Below are positions 11,112 through 19,850 of a stretch of DNA of 32,000 bases, piece after piece; positions within the stretch are counted from its first letter, which is position 1, and every line of letters begins with the position of its first letter. The notes under the pieces were generated by a model. The model did not search any database, was not told the origin of the DNA, and was given only the letters and a program-made list of their open reading frames with translations. Position numbers and translations under genes: made by a program. The DNA comes from Halogeometricum borinquense DSM 11551 (GTDB lineage Archaea; Halobacteriota; Halobacteria; Halobacteriales; Haloferacaceae), in assembly GCF_000172995.2 (NCBI RefSeq), contig NC_014729.1, positions 300,001 through 332,000 of the forward strand, written 5' to 3'.

Positions 11112-11789
11112 TTACGTCGGCGTGAACGACCGGAACATGTCGCGGTCCATCGATTTTGATTCGATCTCAGTAAGGCCGACGTCAGTAAAGACGGCGTTCC
11201 AGTCGCGGTAGTAGAGTGGGACCTCGCCGTCTACGTAGTTGACACTCGGTTCGTCGTCCGCTGTCCCACCCGCATCCGAGTGTTCACCCTCGTTTTCGAC
11301 AGTAATGAGCAGTGTCTCGGTGATGCGCGCCAGTTCGTCGAACACCCACTCGGCGTCGGGGTGGAGGTGCTGCAGCGTCTCAACCGAGTACACAACGTCG
11401 AAGGCATCGTCTTCGAACTTGCGGACAACGGACTCGATCGCGTCGTGGTAGAACGTTCCCGCGTCGGAAAGTTCGGGATACTCCTCGTCCATTACGTCGA
11501 ACGCTTCGGCGTTTATCTCAACGCCTGAGACGTTCTCGTAGCCGTGGTCGAACAGATGCGCGAGGTGCCGCCCGGAACTACAGCCGAGTTCCAGAATGGC
11601 GGCGTCAGGCTCTGCGTGCTGTGAAATTGTCTCTTTGAGTAACTCGCTCGTCTCGTTTGGCCCGTAATAGGCGTAGTACTCCGGCGAGTACGCACCAGAA
11701 CGCGCCGTCCACCGTCGGTGAACGTCGTTAGAATCCACTGCACGTCCGTTCGCGCGCCCACCGTAAAGGGTCGTCGTCCGGCGCGGCAT
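11112..11789 (-). CDS. Class I SAM-dependent methyltransferase (substrate unknown)
   Basis: Motif I 'ILELGCSSGRHL', an acidic post-I residue 'GVEIN', and motif 'FDVVYSVETLQHL'. Confidence 0.8.
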   Translation of the reverse strand: MPRRTTTLYGGRANGRAVDSNDVHRRWTARSGAYSPEYYAYYGPNETSELLKETISQHAEPDAAILELGCSSGRHLAHLFDHGYENVSGVEINAEAFDVMDEEYPELSDAGTFYHDAIESVVRKFEDDAFDVVYSVETLQHLHPDAEWVFDELARITETLLITVENEGEHSDAGGTADDEPSVNYVDGEVPLYYRDWNAVFTDVGLTEIESKSMDRDMFRSFTPT

Positions 11790-11984
11790 CCGGCCATTGA
11801 AATCGTCTCAGTCTGCGCGGAGGCTTCATCCGACTGTGTTTTGGTACGCGTCACAACGATGCCGTTTGGGAGTTTGCCAATTGGCAGTTGTGTGATTCTA
11901 TTTATCAATAGCGTTCAGTTCACCGTGACGAAACGAACGAATAACTGGCAATGAAGCAAAAATCTGTGTCATAAATTCAGATAC

Positions 11985-12016
11985 TGTCGGAGAATTGTTT
12001 GAAAATCCCTCCGACA
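11985..12016. promoter_or_regulatory. 8-bp perfect inverted repeat tgtcggag-N16-ctccgaca upstream of the dpp-like operon
   Basis: Read directly from the sequence. It lies in the AT-rich intergenic region about 65 nt upstream of the operon start codon. Confidence 0.35.
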
Positions 12017-12031
12017 ATCGTACCAATCTAC

Positions 12032-12057
12032 CCTACCGGTAGGAAAGAATTTTATAG
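12032..12057 (+). promoter_or_regulatory. 12-bp palindrome cctaccggtagg plus TATA box 'ttttata' of the dpp-like operon
   Basis: The palindrome is at 12032-12043 and the TATA-like element at 12050-12057, about 27 nt before the ATG at 12081 (leaderless geometry). A second cctac-N6-gtagg repeat spans the start codon (12073-12088). Confidence 0.45.
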
Positions 12058-12080
12058 TCTGGTTGACGATAACCTACGCC

Positions 12081-13793
12081 ATGGTAGGTGATAACGAGAA
12101 TGTACGGCGTCGGCGTTTTCTCAAAGCAACAACAGCGGGCGGTCTCGCGGGGATGACTGCGTTAGCTGGCTGCTCCGGTGGTGATTCGACCCCTGAAGAG
12201 ACCGATGGTGGCAGCACGGGCGATAGCTCGGATGGTGAAACGTCGGGCGAATCGGGTGGGTCGGGCGAGCGGTTGCCGACCTACACGTACGTCAATAACT
12301 CACAGAGTTACAACCCACCGAGACACGATGCGATAAATCTCATCGCACGGCAACTGAACGACATCGGGTTGGACGTCGAGGTGGACGTGCTGGAGTGGGG
12401 GACGCTGTACAACAGAGTCTCCGTCGAGTACGACTACAGTTTCTCCACGTGGCACACGTTCTTCACTATCGACCCGGTGTTGGAGTTGAGTTCGACGATG
12501 CACTCGTCGAACACTGGCAAGGGTGACGGCAACTACGCTGGCTACGAGAATCCGGACGTAGACGAACTGCTCGATGGGTACATGAGCGAACCCGACGAGG
12601 CGAAACGGGTTGACATGGTCCACGAGGCACAGAAGACCCTGATGGACGACGTTCCCCAGATGCCTATCACCCACATGCCAGCAGCGGCCATCTACAACAA
12701 AAATCAGGTCGGCAACTGGCAGTCCGAGCTCTCGCTCGGGTTCAACTCCTACTGGACGATGGTTAATCTGGAGATGAAAAACGGCGAGACTCAGCTGAAG
12801 GGGTACTGGCCGGAGACGCTCTCAACGATGAACGTCCTCGGACACAACGACGAGAGCAAACACACCTACCAGTTTACGATGATGTACGACACTCTCGTCC
12901 GCCTCGACAACGAGGGGAAACTCAACGCTGACGTGAGTCTCGCCACCGACTGGACCCGCGTGGACGAGACGACGATGGAGTACACCATTCGGACTGACCA
13001 CGCCTGGCACGACGGCGAGGATCTGACCACGGAGGACGTGGCGTTCACGTACAACTACATCGCCGAGAACGAGGTGCCGCTGTACTCCGTACAGACGCAG
13101 TATATCGACAGCGCGGAGGCCGTAGACGACAGTACGGTCCGCATCAATATGTCGCAGGCACTCGGCCCGTTCCACACGCTGGTCGGGACACAGATTCCGA
13201 TCCTCCCGAAGCACAAGTGGGAGCGTCGGTCGAACCCGAGTCAGGCGAACGTCGAAGAACCCGTCGGGAGCGGCCCGCTGATGTTCGACTACTGGAATAA
13301 AGGGACCGAGTTCGGCCTCAAGAAGTTCGCGGATCACTTCGCTCCAGTCGATTTCGAACAGCGGTACTGGCGCATCATTCCGGAGGCTTCGACGGTCTGG
13401 GAACTGCTCAAAAACGGCGAGCTCAACTACGAACCGTTCGGCCGCATCGACCGGTCGCTCAACGAGAATCAGGACCACGAGGCCATCGGAACGAAGTTCG
13501 AACCGGCCACGACGTTCTGGCACTTCACGCCGAACGAACGGCAAACCGGCCTCGATGACCCCGTCCTCCGGAAGGCAGCGGTTAACGCCATCCCGCGGAC
13601 GCCCATCGTCAAGCAGATTCTGTTCGACTTCCCGCAGAAGGGATTCGATATCGTCTCACCGGCGTTCGGGCCGCTCCACACCGAGGAAGTGACTCGGTAC
13701 GAGGAGAGCAAAGAGAAGGCGCGAAGCCGACTCAAAGAGGCGGGATACAGTTGGACGGACGACGGGATGCTCCAAACACCCGCAGACGACTAA
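12081..13793 (+). CDS. ABC transporter substrate-binding lipoprotein, family 5 (Dpp/Opp/Nik type), apparently circularly permuted
   Basis: Tat motif 'RRRRFLK', lipobox 'LAGC' and an acidic Ser/Gly/Asp linker. Family-5 signatures are present but in swapped order (see findings). The track ORF begins at a TTG at 12063, and I prefer the ATG at 12081. Confidence 0.85.
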   Translation: MVGDNENVRRRRFLKATTAGGLAGMTALAGCSGGDSTPEETDGGSTGDSSDGETSGESGGSGERLPTYTYVNNSQSYNPPRHDAINLIARQLNDIGLDVEVDVLEWGTLYNRVSVEYDYSFSTWHTFFTIDPVLELSSTMHSSNTGKGDGNYAGYENPDVDELLDGYMSEPDEAKRVDMVHEAQKTLMDDVPQMPITHMPAAAIYNKNQVGNWQSELSLGFNSYWTMVNLEMKNGETQLKGYWPETLSTMNVLGHNDESKHTYQFTMMYDTLVRLDNEGKLNADVSLATDWTRVDETTMEYTIRTDHAWHDGEDLTTEDVAFTYNYIAENEVPLYSVQTQYIDSAEAVDDSTVRINMSQALGPFHTLVGTQIPILPKHKWERRSNPSQANVEEPVGSGPLMFDYWNKGTEFGLKKFADHFAPVDFEQRYWRIIPEASTVWELLKNGELNYEPFGRIDRSLNENQDHEAIGTKFEPATTFWHFTPNERQTGLDDPVLRKAAVNAIPRTPIVKQILFDFPQKGFDIVSPAFGPLHTEEVTRYEESKEKARSRLKEAGYSWTDDGMLQTPADD

Positions 13794-13856
13794 ATCGGGG
13801 GACAGCGCCCGATTCGGAATTTCACAGCAACAAACGACACGTAAAAAAGACACAGT

Positions 13857-14834
13857 ATGGGAAAAGCGAGTTTCGTAATCAGACGTTCGCTGCAACTTGT
13901 TGCGACGTTCTGGGCTGTCGGGACAGTCCTGTTCTTCTTGTTCAGGCTGATGCCCGGCAATCCAACGTCGTTCGTCATCTCACCGCAGATGACGCCGGAG
14001 GCGCGGCGACAGATCATCGAGAGCTACGGTCTCGACGAACCGATGCACGTCCAGTACGTCAAATTCCTGCAGAATGCGATCACGCTCGACTTCGGCCAGT
14101 CGTTCCACTCGAACGCCCCGGTCGAGGATGTCATCTTGACGTATCTACCGAACACGCTCGTATTGATGCTGACGGCATTCGTTATCGCGTACGCCTTCGG
14201 CATCACACTTGGCGTGTTATCCGGATGGTACCGCGGATCGCGGTTCGAGCGGAGCACGGTCATCACGGCACTACTCGCGCGCAGTGTCCCGAGCTTCTGG
14301 GTCGGCCTGATGGTTCTTTGGGTGTTCGGTTCGATGTTCAATCTCATCCCGATGGCCGGGATGACAAGCCCGGGCGTCGAACACGAGAACTTCTTGACGA
14401 TGGTCCTCTCGGTGGATTTCCTGAAACATCTCGTCGCACCAGCGTTGGTGTTGGCGTACTACTTCATGGGCTATCCGTTGCTCATCATGCGGTCGAGCAT
14501 GCTCGAAGTGCTCTCGGAGGACTTCATCGATGTCTGTCGCGCCAAGGGCCTGAAAGAGCGAACGATCATGTTCAAACACGCCGCGCGGAACGCCCTCCTG
14601 CCGATTGTCACGGCGGCGGCTATCGCCCTCGGCTACGCCGTCGGCGGGAGCGTCCTCATCGAGACGGTGTTCGCGTGGCCCGGTATCGGTCGGGAGATGG
14701 TGCGAGCGGTCCTGCGCCGGGATTTCCCCGTCGCACAGGGGACGTTCATGGTCCTCGCCGCGACCATCATCCTCCTGAATTTCGTCGCGGACTTGGCGTA
14801 CGGCTACCTCGACCCCCGGGTGACCTACGACTGA
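13857..14834 (+). CDS. ABC transporter permease (DppB/OppB-like)
   Basis: 325 aa and multi-TM. It has the N-terminal 'RRSLQLVATFWAVGTVLFFLFRLMPGNP' signature of DppB/OppB and the EAA-type loop 'DFIDVCRAKGLKERTIMFKHAARNALLPIV'. Confidence 0.9.
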   Translation: MGKASFVIRRSLQLVATFWAVGTVLFFLFRLMPGNPTSFVISPQMTPEARRQIIESYGLDEPMHVQYVKFLQNAITLDFGQSFHSNAPVEDVILTYLPNTLVLMLTAFVIAYAFGITLGVLSGWYRGSRFERSTVITALLARSVPSFWVGLMVLWVFGSMFNLIPMAGMTSPGVEHENFLTMVLSVDFLKHLVAPALVLAYYFMGYPLLIMRSSMLEVLSEDFIDVCRAKGLKERTIMFKHAARNALLPIVTAAAIALGYAVGGSVLIETVFAWPGIGREMVRAVLRRDFPVAQGTFMVLAATIILLNFVADLAYGYLDPRVTYD

Positions 14835-14837
14835 ACA

Positions 14838-15818
14838 ATGGCACAAGAAGAATCTACACGCTCGTCGGTGTTCGCCGACATCGAGGAGGTCAGTTCCAAC
14901 GAGGAGATCAACAAGTGGGCACGCACCGCCCGGCTCTGGCAGGAGACGCTCAAGCGGCAGTGGACGCTTTTGACCGACGAGTTGTCGGTCAAACTGTCGA
15001 TGCTGATGGTGGCGTTTTTCGTCCTCGTGGCGATACTCGCCCCGTATATCGCACCGAATCCGCCGTTAGAGCGGCAGTACCAGACGGCCGATGAGATACT
15101 CATCGCAAAATGGGCCGAACCGTCGATTCTCGGCGGTAACAGCGAGTACATCCTCGGCACGACCGCACAGGGGTTCGACATCTTCAGCCAACTCATCTTC
15201 GGCACGCGGGCCGCGCTGTTGGTCGGCCTCATCGCCGCAGTGTTCACTGCCGGAATCGGCACGATGGTCGGACTCGTCGCAGGCTATTACGGCGGGGCCG
15301 TGGACGACGCCCTGATGCGTCTCGTGGACTTCCTGTACGGGATGCCGTTGTTGCCGACGGTCATCATCTTGGTCGCCCTGTTGGGACCGAACCTCTGGAA
15401 CATCATCCTCGCCGTCATCATCCTGCAGTGGCGCGCGACGGCCCGCGTCATCCGGTCGCAAGCACTCTCGTTACGCGAACGGCCGTTCGTCAAGGCGGCG
15501 CAGGTGGCCGGGGCCAGCGACTGGCACATCATCAGTCGGCACTTGGCGCCGAACGTGCTGCCGATGTCGTTCCTTTACGGTTCGTTCGCCATCGCGTGGG
15601 CGATTCTCACCGAAGCGGGCGTCTCGTTCATCGGCCTCGGAGATCCGAACACCGTGTCGTGGGGGACGATGTTGCAGGCCGCGCGGGCGTACTCTGCGCT
15701 CTCGTTCGGCGCGTGGTGGTGGTTCGTTCCGCCGGGCGTCTGCATCGGCCTCCTCGTCATTAGCGGCTTCCTCATCGGTCGCGGTTACGAAGAAATCACC
15801 AATCCCAAGCTACAATGA
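14838..15818 (+). CDS. ABC transporter permease (DppC/OppC-like)
   Basis: 326 aa. It has 'LGTTAQGFDIFSQLIFGTRAALLVG' and 'ERPFVKAAQVAGASDWHIISRHLAPNVLP' (OppC-type motifs). A 3-nt gap separates it from the upstream permease. Confidence 0.9.
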   Translation: MAQEESTRSSVFADIEEVSSNEEINKWARTARLWQETLKRQWTLLTDELSVKLSMLMVAFFVLVAILAPYIAPNPPLERQYQTADEILIAKWAEPSILGGNSEYILGTTAQGFDIFSQLIFGTRAALLVGLIAAVFTAGIGTMVGLVAGYYGGAVDDALMRLVDFLYGMPLLPTVIILVALLGPNLWNIILAVIILQWRATARVIRSQALSLRERPFVKAAQVAGASDWHIISRHLAPNVLPMSFLYGSFAIAWAILTEAGVSFIGLGDPNTVSWGTMLQAARAYSALSFGAWWWFVPPGVCIGLLVISGFLIGRGYEEITNPKLQ

Positions 15819-16852
15819 GCCTACTCGAAGTCGAAGACCTCGAAGTGTATTACGAAACGGACGAGGGACCGGCCCAAGCCGTCGATGGCGTCTCCTTCTC
15901 GCTCGAAGCGGGAGAGAATCTCGGCATCGTCGGTGAGTCCGGATGCGGAAAAACGACGCTCGCAAAGGCCCTCATCGGCATCCTTCCGAACGAAGGCTAC
16001 GTCAACGCCGGACGCATCGAGTTTAAGGGCGACGACCTCACCGAGATGTCCGACTCGGAGCGTCGGCGTCTCAAGTGGGAAGAAATCTCGATGATTGCCC
16101 AGTCGGCGATGAACTCGTTGGATCCGGTGTACACCATCCGCGAGCAAATCGTCGAGGCGATAGAGACGCACCGACCGGGCACCGGACGGGTCGAATCCAC
16201 GGAAATCGTCACCGAGATGTTCGAACTCGTCGGACTGGACCCGGATCGCGCCGACGACTACCCACACCAGTTCTCCGGCGGCATGCGCCAGCGCGCGATG
16301 ATAGCGATGGCGCTCGCCCTCGAACCGTCGCTCATCCTCGCGGACGAACCGACGACGGCGCTGGATGTCATCATGCAAGACCAGATTCTCAAGCGTATTA
16401 GTCAGATCCAAGACGAGATTCAGTCCTCGATGCTGGTCATCACGCACGACGTGAGCGTCGTCGCCGAGACGTGCGACCGCGTCCTCGTGATGTACGCGGG
16501 GAAAGTGGCTGAAGAGGGTCCGGTCGAAGAGATATTCAACCAACCGTACCACCCTTACACCATCGGGCTGAAGCGGGCGTTCCCGAATATACGCCAACCG
16601 GAACAGGACCTCCTCTCAATCAAGGGATACCCGCCGGAACTCGTGGATCCGCCGACGGGGTGTCGGTTCGCGGCGCGGTGTCCGATGGCGACGGATCGGT
16701 GCCGCGAGGAAGAACCAAAGGCACACCGTATCAATGGTTTGCGGTCGTACTGCCATTACGCCGAGGATATCGACACGGAACTGCGCCCGCACGCCGACCG
16801 TTCGGAGACGTGGAATCAGACCGAGGCGGCCCAACAGGCGGGCGGTGACTGA
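15815..16852 (+). CDS. ABC transporter ATP-binding protein (DppD/OppD-like)
   Basis: Walker A 'GESGCGKTT', signature 'FSGGMRQR', Walker B '[12 protein letters not shown]', and a C-terminal oligopeptide-type Cys motif '[15 protein letters not shown]'. It overlaps the upstream gene by 4 nt. Confidence 0.92.
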   Translation: MSLLEVEDLEVYYETDEGPAQAVDGVSFSLEAGENLGIVGESGCGKTTLAKALIGILPNEGYVNAGRIEFKGDDLTEMSDSERRRLKWEEISMIAQSAMNSLDPVYTIREQIVEAIETHRPGTGRVESTEIVTEMFELVGLDPDRADDYPHQFSGGMRQRAMIAMALALEPSLILADEPTTALDVIMQDQILKRISQIQDEIQSSMLVITHDVSVVAETCDRVLVMYAGKVAEEGPVEEIFNQPYHPYTIGLKRAFPNIRQPEQDLLSIKGYPPELVDPPTGCRFAARCPMATDRCREEEPKAHRINGLRSYCHYAEDIDTELRPHADRSETWNQTEAAQQAGGD

Positions 16853-16854
16853 CG

Positions 16855-17985
16855 ATGGCAATCGATGCCTCTCCCGACGATGTCCCGACAAAAGACGACG
16901 ACGTGCTGTTGCACGTCGAAAACCTGCACAAGCACTTCAAAGTGGACGAAGGGTGGATAGCGAGCATTCTACAGTCCGTTTCCGGCGATGACCCCGATTA
17001 CGTCCACGCTGTGGATGGCGTGAGTTTCGACCTGCGGCGGGGCGAGACACTTGGACTGGCCGGTGAGTCCGGGTGCGGGAAGACGACGACGGGGATGTCG
17101 CTCGTGAAACTCCACGACGCCACCGACGGCGATATCTACTACAACGGCAAGAGTTTGGGCGACGCAACGGACGCCGAACTCAAGCAGTTCCGACAAAACG
17201 CTCAGATGATCTTCCAAGACCCGTTCGAGAGCCTGAACCCGCGGATGACGGTGTACGACACCGTGGCCGAACCGCTCCGCATCCACAACATCGCTAATGA
17301 GACGGCGCGGGTGCAACGCGCTTTGGAGTTCGCCGAACTGCTCCCGGCCGAACAGTATTTCGACCAGTACCCGCACGAACTCTCCGGCGGACAACGCCAG
17401 CGCGTCGCTATCGCTCGCGCCCTCGTTCTCGACCCGGATTTCATCGTCGCCGACGAACCCGTGTCGATGCTTGACGTAAGTCTTCGGGCGGGCGTGCTGT
17501 CGCTTCTTGAGCGCATGACCGAGGAGTTCGGCCTCTCTGTCGTCTACATCAGCCACGACCTCTCGCTTCTCAGACATATGTGCGACCGCCTCGCCATCAT
17601 GTATATGGGGAAGATTGTCGAGAAGGGACCGACCGATCAGATCATCGAGAATCCGAAGCACCCGTACACGCAGTCGCTCATTAACGCTGTCCCAGTTCCA
17701 GAGCCGAGCGTCGGCCGCGAACGCGTCGAACTCCAAGGCGAGGTCGGCGACGTGATCGACATCCCGTCGGGATGTCGGTTCAAATCGCGGTGTCCGGAGT
17801 ACATCGGCGACGTTTGCGACGAAGTCGTCCCGCCCTTAGAAGAGAAATCCGACATCGAGGGTGAACGAGCGGTGGCCTGCCATCTATACGAGGACCTTCA
17901 CGGCACCGACCCGGCCGCGGCGTTCAAGAGCGGTCCCACCTCGAATGTGGACACTGGCTCGGAATCGACGCCCGCGGACGACTGA
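16855..17985 (+). CDS. ABC transporter ATP-binding protein (DppF/OppF-like)
   Basis: Walker A 'GESGCGKTT', signature 'LSGGQRQR', Walker B '[12 protein letters not shown]', and C-terminal '[16 protein letters not shown]'. Confidence 0.92.
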   Translation: MAIDASPDDVPTKDDDVLLHVENLHKHFKVDEGWIASILQSVSGDDPDYVHAVDGVSFDLRRGETLGLAGESGCGKTTTGMSLVKLHDATDGDIYYNGKSLGDATDAELKQFRQNAQMIFQDPFESLNPRMTVYDTVAEPLRIHNIANETARVQRALEFAELLPAEQYFDQYPHELSGGQRQRVAIARALVLDPDFIVADEPVSMLDVSLRAGVLSLLERMTEEFGLSVVYISHDLSLLRHMCDRLAIMYMGKIVEKGPTDQIIENPKHPYTQSLINAVPVPEPSVGRERVELQGEVGDVIDIPSGCRFKSRCPEYIGDVCDEVVPPLEEKSDIEGERAVACHLYEDLHGTDPAAAFKSGPTSNVDTGSESTPADD

Positions 17986-17993
17986 CAAACGTT

Positions 17994-19448
17994 TCATTCT
18001 TTTTGAAGTGTCGCCCGCAGTCGGACTCCCGGCGCAGTCACTGCGTATGGAACGCGCGATTTGTGTTTCTCGTCTACGCCGGTGAGCGTTCCGCGCACCG
18101 CGCCGATGGCCGTAATCGAGCGGAGCGTTTCGGGACCGTACGCCAGCGACACGCCTGCGACGCGGCCGTCGCGTTCACCGTCCCGTAGTCGGTAGCCTTC
18201 CGCGATAGGGAACGTCGCCTGTCCGCAGGCAGTTCTGTCCTCCGTTTTACGGTCGATATCCTTCGCGTAGAGGGCGCTTGCGGGCATGACGCCGGACCGC
18301 TGGACGCGCTCGAACTCGTCTCGAAGCCACGGGTCGTCGAACCGTTCGACCAGAACGTCGGCACCGGCGCGGAGGGTAGCGCGGTTTGCGTCACCGGGTG
18401 CAACGTCGAGATGCCGGGCGTGGATGCGCGGCGGTTGGTCGAACCCGAGACTGTGAACCGCGTGCCCGGCCGGAAACGCATCGTCTTCGGCCGCGCTCGC
18501 GGTGTTGTGGAGGAGTCGCGTTACGGTCCCGCCTTCGATCAACTGTACCGGCGTCGTCGGCCGGAGTTCAGCATCGTAGGCGCGGGCGGCCCACGACCCC
18601 GCGTGGACCGTATCCGCGACGGAGAGCGAGTCGGGGCCGAACTCATCACCCACGTCGTACGGACTCAACCCCATATAGTGGGTGTCGGCTTCGAGATAGC
18701 GCGCGGCGAACGCGAACAACTGCCCGGCCGCCCGCGGCGTCAGCGCAACCGTCGTCTCGCCGGTCGGAGCGGCTGCCGTCTCAGCGTTCGCCAACGTCCG
18801 CACGTCCGCGGCGGCGTCCGCAAACACGTCCGCGAGTTCCTCAAGGAACACCGCGCCGCGGGTCGAACCAGCGTGGCGACGGACCGTCGGCCCGTCCCGA
18901 ACCGAGAGCGTTACCGTCACGTTCGCGCGATCAAGTGTCGTCCGGACAGTGCTTCCGGTCGTCGTCGCCGCTGTCGAGTCGATATGCGCGTCGTCGTAGT
19001 TGATCCAACAGCGTTCGACGGCGTCGGCTACCGCGGCGAGACCGGACTCCAATGTCGAGCGTTTCGTCTCTAGCGCCACGTCGTCGATTCGACCGCTAGC
19101 CCATCCGTCGTGAACGGCTTGGTGCGTGGTCAGCCGGTCGTATCGAGCGGAGTCGTCCTGCGCAAGGAACTCTCCACCGCGAACCGCTCTGTCCGCGACG
19201 TCCGCCAGCGTCTCCTCGTCTAGGCTCGTCGTGTACCGATAATCGGCGGCCCCGTCGGCGAAGACGCGACACCAGACCCCCGTTTCGTCGAACGAGAGTT
19301 CGTCGCGCGGACCGTTCTCAGTCAGCACCAGATCCGTCTTCGTCTGCGAAAGTGCCCCCACTTCGGCGTAGGCAACGTCGTCGTCGCCCTCGAAGCGGTC
19401 GAGTAACCACTCCATGGCCGCTATTGGCTCGTCGCGCTCACCATCCAT
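17994..19448 (-). CDS. TldD/PmbA (peptidase U62) family protein, TldE/PmbA-like (no HExxxH)
   Basis: 484 aa with the family C-terminus 'FPIAEGYRLRDGERDGRVAGVSLAYGPETLRSITAIGAV....VPYAVTAPGVRL'. The position of the TldD metal motif reads 'GQLFAFAARYLEAD'. Confidence 0.75.
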   Translation of the reverse strand: MDGERDEPIAAMEWLLDRFEGDDDVAYAEVGALSQTKTDLVLTENGPRDELSFDETGVWCRVFADGAADYRYTTSLDEETLADVADRAVRGGEFLAQDDSARYDRLTTHQAVHDGWASGRIDDVALETKRSTLESGLAAVADAVERCWINYDDAHIDSTAATTTGSTVRTTLDRANVTVTLSVRDGPTVRRHAGSTRGAVFLEELADVFADAAADVRTLANAETAAAPTGETTVALTPRAAGQLFAFAARYLEADTHYMGLSPYDVGDEFGPDSLSVADTVHAGSWAARAYDAELRPTTPVQLIEGGTVTRLLHNTASAAEDDAFPAGHAVHSLGFDQPPRIHARHLDVAPGDANRATLRAGADVLVERFDDPWLRDEFERVQRSGVMPASALYAKDIDRKTEDRTACGQATFPIAEGYRLRDGERDGRVAGVSLAYGPETLRSITAIGAVRGTLTGVDEKHKSRVPYAVTAPGVRLRATLQKE

Positions 19449-19539
19449 GCAGGAGAATACCTAACAGTCACGTATCAAACCACCGGACAGCGGCCAGTTC
19501 GTCGTTGTCGATGCTGTCGAAAAAGCGGACGTGTAGCTG

Positions 19540-19782
19540 TTACCGCCGGTTTTTGCGTGTTTGCGCTTCGGCCTCGGATTCGTACGATTCTGCGACGACG
19601 GTGTCCTGTATCTTCCGTCGGTACTCCCAGACGCCGGCCGCAGCGACCAACACACCCAACGCCGCGCCGCGTAGCGGCGACCCGGCGAGTGCGAAGTAGA
19701 CGAACGCGCCGACGGCGAACGCGATGGATAGACCGAGACCGACAGTCGCCCATCCGTTCCGCCGGAGTCGGGAGTTCGGCAT
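19540..19782 (-). CDS. Small two-TM membrane protein (unknown function)
   Basis: I place the start at the ATG at 19782 (MPNSRLRRNGW...). There are two hydrophobic helices and then an acidic/basic tail. A T5 run on the minus strand follows the stop. The track ORF begins at a TTG at 19812. Confidence 0.5.
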   Translation of the reverse strand: MPNSRLRRNGWATVGLGLSIAFAVGAFVYFALAGSPLRGAALGVLVAAAGVWEYRRKIQDTVVAESYESEAEAQTRKNRR

Positions 19783-19850
19783 GTGTGTTCGTACCGAGAG
19801 GGGTCGTATCAAGCTTCGGGCATTCTATGGGTCGTATCACCCGGCCGGCG

